Sequence record: SRR31156797_764
Direction: 5' to 3' (one strand)
DNA: 33,827 nt
Numbering within the stretch: the first letter of the stretch is position 1; each line of letters begins with the position of its first letter. A model generated the notes under the pieces. That model was not told the origin of the DNA, made no database searches, and saw only the letters and a program-made list of their open reading frames with translations. Position numbers and translations under genes: made by a program. This document shows positions 9,912-16,995 of this stretch, in pieces.

Positions 9912-11321
9912 ATGATTGAGATCAACGCAAAAAATACTTTGTTATTCATCAGCATGGTGTTTGTATTACCAATTTATATATTCTCATGTTCTCATAAAAA
10001 TGAAGAAATTAAAGATCCACCTTATTTGGTAAGCAGCACTCCTGTAAATAATGCAAATGAGGTGAATGTATCAACAGATATTGTGTTAAAGTTTAATCAA
10101 GTAGTTGAGCTGGCAAATAATCATGGTATTACATTGAATTCTAGAGATGTGACGGTAGAAGAGAATTTTACAACAATCATAATTAAAACACAATTACAAA
10201 CAAATCAATACTATAAACTTATAGTTCCTCAACAAGCTGTTGTAAATAGAGATGGAATACCTCTTGAAAAGGAAATAATTATTGAGTTTGAAACAGAAGA
10301 AGAAATTATTGTTCATATTGACGAAAATCTTTCCGTATCTAATCCATCTCAGCAGGCTATTAATCTTTATGGTTTCTTAAAAGATAATTATGGTACAAAA
10401 GCTGTTTCTGCAGTTCAATCGAATGTATCGTGGAATATAAATGAGGCAGAGTGGGTATATCAGCATACAGGTAAATTTCCGGCAATAGCAACGGTTGATT
10501 ATATTCATTTACCATTTTCTCCGGCAAACTGGATTGATTATTCCTCTTTTAGTTTTATAGAAAATTGGTGGAGTAATAATGGAATAGTAAGTGCAGGATG
10601 GCACTGGATCGTTCCTAAATTTCAGGCTTCAAGCTATTCTACGGATGATTATACTTATAAACCTTCTGAAACAACTTTTAAAGCAGCCAATGTCCTTATT
10701 GATGGTACATGGGAAAATGAGGTGGCTATAGCCGATTTAGATAAAATAGCATCATACTTAAAATTGCTTCAAGCAAAAAATATCCCGGTTATTTGGCGAC
10801 CATTACATGAAGCAGCGGGTAATATTTATGAATATAACGGCGGTACTGCCTGGTTTTGGTGGGGGGCAGGAGGTGCCGATACTTATAAAGCTTTATGGCG
10901 AATGATGTACGATTACTTTGAAGCAGAGGGTTTGAATAACCTGATATGGGTATGGACAACTCAGACTAAAGACCATGATTTTTATCCAGGCGATGAATAT
11001 GTTGATATCATAGGAAGAGATATTTATACAAATACTGATGCCGATGATATTAGAGCTCAGTTTAAAAGTATACAGGAATTATATCCCAATAAAATGGTCA
11101 CTTTAAGTGAAATGGGATCAGTTGCTAATTTTTCCGATCAATGGACCGCCGGTGCTAAATGGTCCTACTTTATGCCTTGGTACGACTACGAAAGAACCAA
11201 CAATGTAAATGAAGCTGACTTTTCAGAAACCAACCATGAGCATGCCAATGCATCATGGTGGACAGATGCCGTGAGTCAGGATTATGTGATTACAAGAGAT
11301 GAAATGCCGGATTTAAAATAA
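9912..11321 (+). CDS. GH26 endo-beta-1,4-mannanase lipoprotein with N-terminal Ig-like (Big_5/SbsA-type) domain
   Basis: Lipobox IFSC; SSTPVNNANEV..IVLKFNQ Ig module; IPVIWRPLHEAAG (acid/base), WFWWG, LNNLIWVW, YPGDEYVDIIGRDIY, LSEMG (nucleophile). Confidence 0.95.
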   Translation: MIEINAKNTLLFISMVFVLPIYIFSCSHKNEEIKDPPYLVSSTPVNNANEVNVSTDIVLKFNQVVELANNHGITLNSRDVTVEENFTTIIIKTQLQTNQYYKLIVPQQAVVNRDGIPLEKEIIIEFETEEEIIVHIDENLSVSNPSQQAINLYGFLKDNYGTKAVSAVQSNVSWNINEAEWVYQHTGKFPAIATVDYIHLPFSPANWIDYSSFSFIENWWSNNGIVSAGWHWIVPKFQASSYSTDDYTYKPSETTFKAANVLIDGTWENEVAIADLDKIASYLKLLQAKNIPVIWRPLHEAAGNIYEYNGGTAWFWWGAGGADTYKALWRMMYDYFEAEGLNNLIWVWTTQTKDHDFYPGDEYVDIIGRDIYTNTDADDIRAQFKSIQELYPNKMVTLSEMGSVANFSDQWTAGAKWSYFMPWYDYERTNNVNEADFSETNHEHANASWWTDAVSQDYVITRDEMPDLK

Positions 11322-11427
11322 CACAGGAGATTTATTTCTCATAGCATGGAGAACTGTTTTTGTATTTATGTTGATAGTGTAGATGCAATCGCTGGATTTT
11401 GATGAGAAAATTAACGGAGAGTTTAAA

Positions 11428-12633
11428 ATGAAATTACAAAAAGACTATACTGCCTTTATGAATGAGTTGGATACAGAACTGAAAGAGATTCTTCAGTTTT
11501 GGTCTTCAAATGCCATTGATGATTTAAATGGTGGATTTATAGGTGAGATAGATTATGATGGAAAAGTAAACGAACAGGCAGAAAAAGGGGCAGTATTAAA
11601 TGCACGAATTTTATGGACATTTTCTGCAGCCTATAATTTTTATAAAAATGAGGAGTATTTAAACCTTGCAACCAGAGCTTATGATTACATAGTTTCTAAA
11701 TTCTGGGATAAGGAAAATGGAGGTTTGTATTGGGCCTTGGATTATAAGGGTAATGTATCAAATACTCGCAAACAGGCTTATGCGCAAGGGTTTGGAATAT
11801 ACGGGTTTTCGGAATATTATAAAGCAAGTAAAAAGGAAGATAGTTTACGGTATGCACAAAAGTTATATGAAATATTAGAAACAAAGTTTAAAGATGCTGA
11901 GTTTGGTGGATGCATTGAGGCTTTAGGAGAAGATTGGAATGAGTTGGAAGATATGCGCTTAAGCGAAAAAGATGCCAATGAACCCAAGTCGATGAATACG
12001 CATTTGCACATTATAGAGCCGTATTCAAATCTTTATACAGCATGGAACGATGCCAGTTTAAAGGCTCGCATTCATGAATTAATTATACTATTTAGAGATA
12101 AAATCATTGATCAGAAGAATTATCACTTTCACTTATTTTTTGATAAAGACTGGACAGTTCAATCGAACATTGTTTCTTATGGGCATGATATTGAAGGAGC
12201 CTGGTTATTAACAGAAGCAGCACATATCATCAATAATCAAATCCTTCTATCAGAAATGAAACCCTTGGCCTTAAAAATGGTGAATGCAACTATTCTGGAT
12301 GGAATGGATGAAGATGGTGGTTTATTCTATGAAAAAGAAGAATCGCATCTGGATACAGATAAACATTGGTGGCCGCAAGCTGAGAGTATGGTTGGATTAA
12401 TGGATGCTTATCAAAATTCCAAGGATGAATACTATGTGGATTTGGTTGAAAAAGTATGGGAGTTTATTAGTTCTAAATTGATAGATAAAGTCAATGGAGA
12501 GTGGTTTTGGAAAGTTGACAGAGAAGGAATTGTATATAAAGTGCCGGAAAAAGCCGGTTTTTGGAAATGTCCATATCATAATTCCAGAGCTCTAATGGAA
12601 ATTATCAAGCGAATAAAATCAGAAATGAATTAA
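11428..12633 (+). CDS. AGE-family epimerase, probable mannobiose/cellobiose 2-epimerase
   Basis: KGAVLNARILWTFSAAY, KQAYAQGFGIYG, KSMNTHLH, SYGHDIEGAWLL, KHWWPQAE, WKCPYHNSR (three catalytic His motifs); no signal peptide; mannan PUL context. ATG 11428 preferred over 11383. Confidence 0.93.
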   Translation: MKLQKDYTAFMNELDTELKEILQFWSSNAIDDLNGGFIGEIDYDGKVNEQAEKGAVLNARILWTFSAAYNFYKNEEYLNLATRAYDYIVSKFWDKENGGLYWALDYKGNVSNTRKQAYAQGFGIYGFSEYYKASKKEDSLRYAQKLYEILETKFKDAEFGGCIEALGEDWNELEDMRLSEKDANEPKSMNTHLHIIEPYSNLYTAWNDASLKARIHELIILFRDKIIDQKNYHFHLFFDKDWTVQSNIVSYGHDIEGAWLLTEAAHIINNQILLSEMKPLALKMVNATILDGMDEDGGLFYEKEESHLDTDKHWWPQAESMVGLMDAYQNSKDEYYVDLVEKVWEFISSKLIDKVNGEWFWKVDREGIVYKVPEKAGFWKCPYHNSRALMEIIKRIKSEMN

Positions 12634-12658
12634 AAGTTCAATGTTAAAAATAGACATT

Positions 12659-13834
12659 ATGAAACTAAAATATTGGGGATGGATACTGGTAGTGCAGCTT
12701 GTTTACTGCAACTCATGCGCAAAAGCTGAGAGTGTTGAACGGTCTGCACCTGCTTATAAGTCAAGTATTCCGGAGAACAATGCTACTGATGTAGAACTCA
12801 GTTCAAGCTTAGAGATAACTTTTGATGAAGTTATTACGCTGGCTTCAACTCATAACATTAAGGTTAACGGAGAATTGGCCAATGTAGAAGCAGATTTTAC
12901 CAAGCTGAAATTTGACATGGAGTTAGAGCCCAATACGCAATATCAGGTAATCATTCCTAAAGGAGCTGTAATCAATACATTTGGAATAGAATTAAAAGAA
13001 GAAATTGATTTGATGTTTACAACCGAAAAAGAACATATCAAAGATCCTGATTTTTATATTTATCTGTGCTTTGGTCAATCTAACATGGAAGGGCAAGGAG
13101 AGATTCTGGCTCAGGATAAAACAGTACCGGAGCGTTTTCAGGTAATGCAGGCATTGGATTGCTCAGGACTTGGAACAAAAGGAAATTGGCGTGTGGCTGT
13201 ACCGCCTTTATGTCAGTGCGGTTCCGGTTTATCTCCTGCCGATTATTTTGGGAGAACGATGATTGAAAACTTACCGGAAAATATTAAAGTCGGGGTGATT
13301 AATGTGGCCATCGGCGGATGCGATATTCGACTATTCGATAAAGATATCTATCAGGATTATACAAGTACCTACACGGATAGCTGGTTTACCAATAAAATTC
13401 AGGATTACGATGGAAATCCATATCAATACCTAATCGATTTGGCAAAACAGGCTCAACAAGATGGCGTAATCAAAGGAATTTTATTGCATCAGGGAGAAAC
13501 CAATACAGGCGATGACCAATGGCCTGCTTACGTTAAAAAGATTTATGAAGATATGTTGGCTGACTTATCGCTTAATGCAGAAGAAACGCCGCTATTGGCC
13601 GGAGAGGTATTTCAGGGTGAAGATAATTGCTGTAGTAGTATGAATCCCATCATAAATAATTTGCCGGCACATATATCCAATTCTTATGTGATTTCTTCTG
13701 AAGGTTGCACAGGGCAGGATAATGCACATTTTGATGCCGAAGGATATAGGGAATTGGGAAAAAGATATGGTCTTCAAATGCTTTCTATATTAGGATATGA
13801 AGTAAACAATCCTCAATCGCATAAATGCAAGTAA
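12659..13834 (+). CDS. CE6-like SGNH acetylesterase (SASA domain) with N-terminal Big_5-type Ig domain, probable lipoprotein
   Basis: FYIYLCFGQSNMEG (nucleophile Ser), LSPADYFGRTM, KGILLHQGETN, DNAHF (DxxH); possible lipobox NSC. ATG 12659 preferred over 12641. Confidence 0.88.
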   Translation: MKLKYWGWILVVQLVYCNSCAKAESVERSAPAYKSSIPENNATDVELSSSLEITFDEVITLASTHNIKVNGELANVEADFTKLKFDMELEPNTQYQVIIPKGAVINTFGIELKEEIDLMFTTEKEHIKDPDFYIYLCFGQSNMEGQGEILAQDKTVPERFQVMQALDCSGLGTKGNWRVAVPPLCQCGSGLSPADYFGRTMIENLPENIKVGVINVAIGGCDIRLFDKDIYQDYTSTYTDSWFTNKIQDYDGNPYQYLIDLAKQAQQDGVIKGILLHQGETNTGDDQWPAYVKKIYEDMLADLSLNAEETPLLAGEVFQGEDNCCSSMNPIINNLPAHISNSYVISSEGCTGQDNAHFDAEGYRELGKRYGLQMLSILGYEVNNPQSHKCK

Positions 13835-13975
13835 AATGTTTGCGAACGGTATTAACAGGAGAGTCATAAAATAAAACTAAACAAAAAAGCATGAAACGAG
13901 TCATGAGAGAAATATCTCACATGAGAAAGACTAATTCGGCGAGTTTCATGTGACAATTAAAAATAATTCAGACTT

Positions 13976-15187
13976 ATGAAAAAAGGGACAATATTACTTA
14001 CTATCATATTTTTGAGTATATCAGCTTTTGCTCAAAAGGATAAAACACTAGCATTGACACCTCCATTGGGTTGGAATAGCTGGAATACCTTTGCAACAGA
14101 TATTAATGAGCAATTGGTTAAAGATATAGCCGATGCTTTTGTAGATATGGGATTGAAGGAAGCCGGTTATGAATACATTGTGTTGGATGATGGGTGGATG
14201 GCTAAAGAAAGAGATGAAAACAATAACCTTGTACCTGATCCTAAAAAATTCCCTAACGGAATAAAAGCAGTGGTAGATTATGTACACTCACGCGGATTGA
14301 AGTTTGGCATATATAATTGTGCTGGTAATAAAACCTGTGCGGGATATCCGGGTAGTCGTGGCTTTGAATTTCAGGATGCAAAATTGTATGCAGAATGGGG
14401 CGTTGATTTTTTGAAATATGATTGGTGTAATACAGAAAATCTAAATGCAAAAGGGGCCTATCAAACGATGCGTGATGCTTTGTATGCAACGGGGCGACCA
14501 ATCGTTTTTAGTATTTGTGAATGGGGTGATAATGATCCGTGGAAATGGGGCGAAGAAATGGGGCACATGTGGCGTGTTACCGGTGATATTATTAACTGTT
14601 GGGATTGTGAAGCTTCTCATGGTGACTGGTCTTCGTGGGGTGTTTGGCCAATAATTAATATGCGCAAGGATATTCGTAAATATGCAGGCCCCGGTCATTG
14701 GAACGATTTTGATATGATGGAAGTGGGTAACGGAATGACTGTTGCCGAAGATCGTGTTCATTTTGCCATGTGGGTGATGTTGGCATCTCCTTTAATTATG
14801 GGAAATGATTTAAGAACTGCCACAAAAGAAACCCTTGAAATTCTGACCAATAAAGAAGTGATTGCTGTTAACCAGGATAAGTTAGGAGTTCAGGGCTACA
14901 GGCATATTAACGAAGGAGATATACATGTTTGGGTAAAACCACTGGCCAATGAAGAATGGGCTGTAGCTTTTGTTAATATGAGTAACCAAGAAGCAGAACT
15001 GGATTTTGATTGGAATCAACACCCTATTGATGATAATATTTCGAACAGAAGACTGAAAGTAAAGGATTATGAATATAAAGTGAGGGATTTATTTAAAAAG
15101 AAAAATACAGGAACAACAAAGGAAAATGTCAAAGCCACTATTCCTGCTCATGATATTGTAATGTTGAGATTAACACCTAACAAATAA
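13976..15187 (+). CDS. GH27 alpha-galactosidase
   Basis: Signal peptide AFA|Q; LALTPPLGWNSWN, LDDGW, GVDFLKYDWC (nucleophile Asp), WRVTGDI (acid/base Asp), GPGHWNDFDMMEVGNG, C-terminal beta-sandwich. Confidence 0.96.
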   Translation: MKKGTILLTIIFLSISAFAQKDKTLALTPPLGWNSWNTFATDINEQLVKDIADAFVDMGLKEAGYEYIVLDDGWMAKERDENNNLVPDPKKFPNGIKAVVDYVHSRGLKFGIYNCAGNKTCAGYPGSRGFEFQDAKLYAEWGVDFLKYDWCNTENLNAKGAYQTMRDALYATGRPIVFSICEWGDNDPWKWGEEMGHMWRVTGDIINCWDCEASHGDWSSWGVWPIINMRKDIRKYAGPGHWNDFDMMEVGNGMTVAEDRVHFAMWVMLASPLIMGNDLRTATKETLEILTNKEVIAVNQDKLGVQGYRHINEGDIHVWVKPLANEEWAVAFVNMSNQEAELDFDWNQHPIDDNISNRRLKVKDYEYKVRDLFKKKNTGTTKENVKATIPAHDIVMLRLTPNK

Positions 15188-15217
15188 ATTCTAGTTTCAT
15201 ATTTATTTGATTGGAAG

Positions 15218-15255
15218 GAAAGCGCGTACCATTGAAATAGATGGTATGTGCTTTC
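15218..15255 (+). terminator. Stem-loop after the GH27 gene (weak terminator or mRNA-stabilising hairpin)
   Basis: 15-bp stem GAAAGCGCGTACCAT / ATGGTATGTGCTTTC with two G.U pairs that form only on the + strand RNA; 8-nt loop; no clear U-tract. Confidence 0.55.
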
Positions 15256-15364
15256 TACTAAAAAATCAAGAGGAATGCCACGAAGAAGACGAAGAGAGGA
15301 GCTTGATAAAAGCCAGATTGTTTAAGGATGATCATCTATTTAATTATATTTTAAAAATAAGCTT

Positions 15365-16987
15365 ATGAGAAATGTAGTTTTTCTGATTTTGTTTTGTCTA
15401 ATGTTCTTTTCAGGAATGAATGGGCAAATAAAAATAAACAGCTTAGGATATAGATGTAATGACCCGAAGAAGGCTACGCTTTGTAATAGCGAAGAAAATC
15501 AATTTACTATTATTGATGTATCCTCCAATACAACTGTATTTAAAGGCAAAATAAGTAACGATCGATATCAAAAAGATGTTGATGAAAAAGTCAGGATAAT
15601 TGATTTTTCTGAATTTGAGCAAGCAGGAGAGTATTATATAAAAGTTGGGAATTTGCAATCATCTGCTTTTCAAATCAACAATCAGGTTTATCAACCAGGA
15701 TTTTATACAGCTATGCGTGCCTTTTATTTGTGGCGTTGCGGAACAGAGGTAAAAGGAGTGCATAATGGCGAAACTTTTAGTCATAAAGCTTGTCATCTGA
15801 AAGATGGATATTTGCACTATACCAAAAAGCAAGAACAAGTAGATGGAACAGGAGGTTGGCACGATGCAGGCGATTACGGGAAGTACACGGTGAATGCAGG
15901 TGTTTCTGTGGGATCTTTATTCATGGCATGGGATCATTTTAAGGATAAGCTCGAAACGATTGATCTGGATTTACCTGAAGAAGATAGCAATAAAAGCTAT
16001 CCTGATTTTCTGAAAGAACTCAAATATGAGATAGATTTTCTACTAAAAATGCAATATCCGGATGGTTCAGGCAAAGTATCGCATAAGCTAACCCGCAAGA
16101 ATTTCTCTGGTTTTATAATGCCAGAAGACGATCAGGAGAAAAGGTATTTCTCAGAATGGAGTACAGCAGCTACGGCAGATTTTGTGGCTATGATGGCTAT
16201 GGCTTATCGTTATTTTAAACTCTATGATATGGCGTATGCCGATAAATGTTTAAAAGCTGCTAAGCTTAGTTATCAATGTCTACAGAGCCATCCAAAGCAA
16301 GTTAAATTTGTGCAAGGAGAATTTTCAACAGGAGGCTATCAAACAAAAGATGATGACGATCGTTTGTGGGCTGCCATTGAAATGTGGTTAGCTACAGGAG
16401 AAGACGCCTACTTAAAAAGCTTTGAGATGCAACTTTCAAAGCATGATAAAATGCTTGAAATTAATTGGGATTGGGGTAATGTAAGTAGTTTAGCTGTTTT
16501 TGAATATGTGCTTCATCAGCATCACTCTCAAAATTCAGAAATCTATAAAAAGGCCAAAGCATGTATTCTTAAAGTGGCGGATCAAATAGTAGAGAATACA
16601 GAAACAGATGTGTATGGCCGTTCCTTTGATAAGTATTATTGGGGATGTAACGGCACGGTTGCTCGACACACCATTAATTTACAGGTTGCTTATAAGCTTC
16701 AGCCTGATCAAAAGTATTTAAATAGTATCAATAGCATAGTGGCCCATATTTTTGGTCGAAATTATTACGGACGTTCCTATGTTACAGGCTTAGGAATACA
16801 TCCACCTTTGAAACCACATGCCAGGAGATGCGCTGCAGATAATATTCTGAATCCCTGGCCGGGATATATTGTTGGAGGTGGGCATACGGCAACGGATTGG
16901 GTAGATAAAGAAGAAAGTTATAGCCACAACGAAATAGCCATTAACTGGCAGGCTGCCCTGGTATATGCGCTGGCTGCTGTTTATTAA
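15365..16987 (+). CDS. GH9 glycoside hydrolase (endoglucanase/glucomannanase) with N-terminal Ig-like domain
   Basis: Signal peptide MNG|Q; IKINSLGY..PKKA Ig module; GGWHDAGDYGKY, DDRLWAAIE, YYWGCNG, FGRNYYGRSYVTGLG..PH, YSHNEIAINWQAALVY. Confidence 0.95.
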   Translation: MRNVVFLILFCLMFFSGMNGQIKINSLGYRCNDPKKATLCNSEENQFTIIDVSSNTTVFKGKISNDRYQKDVDEKVRIIDFSEFEQAGEYYIKVGNLQSSAFQINNQVYQPGFYTAMRAFYLWRCGTEVKGVHNGETFSHKACHLKDGYLHYTKKQEQVDGTGGWHDAGDYGKYTVNAGVSVGSLFMAWDHFKDKLETIDLDLPEEDSNKSYPDFLKELKYEIDFLLKMQYPDGSGKVSHKLTRKNFSGFIMPEDDQEKRYFSEWSTAATADFVAMMAMAYRYFKLYDMAYADKCLKAAKLSYQCLQSHPKQVKFVQGEFSTGGYQTKDDDDRLWAAIEMWLATGEDAYLKSFEMQLSKHDKMLEINWDWGNVSSLAVFEYVLHQHHSQNSEIYKKAKACILKVADQIVENTETDVYGRSFDKYYWGCNGTVARHTINLQVAYKLQPDQKYLNSINSIVAHIFGRNYYGRSYVTGLGIHPPLKPHARRCAADNILNPWPGYIVGGGHTATDWVDKEESYSHNEIAINWQAALVYALAAVY

Positions 16988-16995
16988 ATTAAGAT

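Noticed and set aside
10861-10866. G6 run in the GH26 gene as a phase-variation tract
   Set aside because: Short and forced by the conserved WFWWG motif; the frame is intact.
11323-11362. Imperfect hairpin after GH26 (TTCTC..GAGAA followed by T run)
   Set aside because: Stem too short and irregular to call a terminator.
11428-12633. Epimerase without a GH130 phosphorylase partner
   Set aside because: The PUL is cut by the left window edge, so absence cannot be claimed.
15246-15368. 40-codon ORF (MCFLLKNQEECHEEDEERSL...) overlapping the GH9 start by ATGA
   Set aside because: Its start codon is buried in the hairpin and there is no recognisable similarity; not supportable without conservation or Ribo-seq data.
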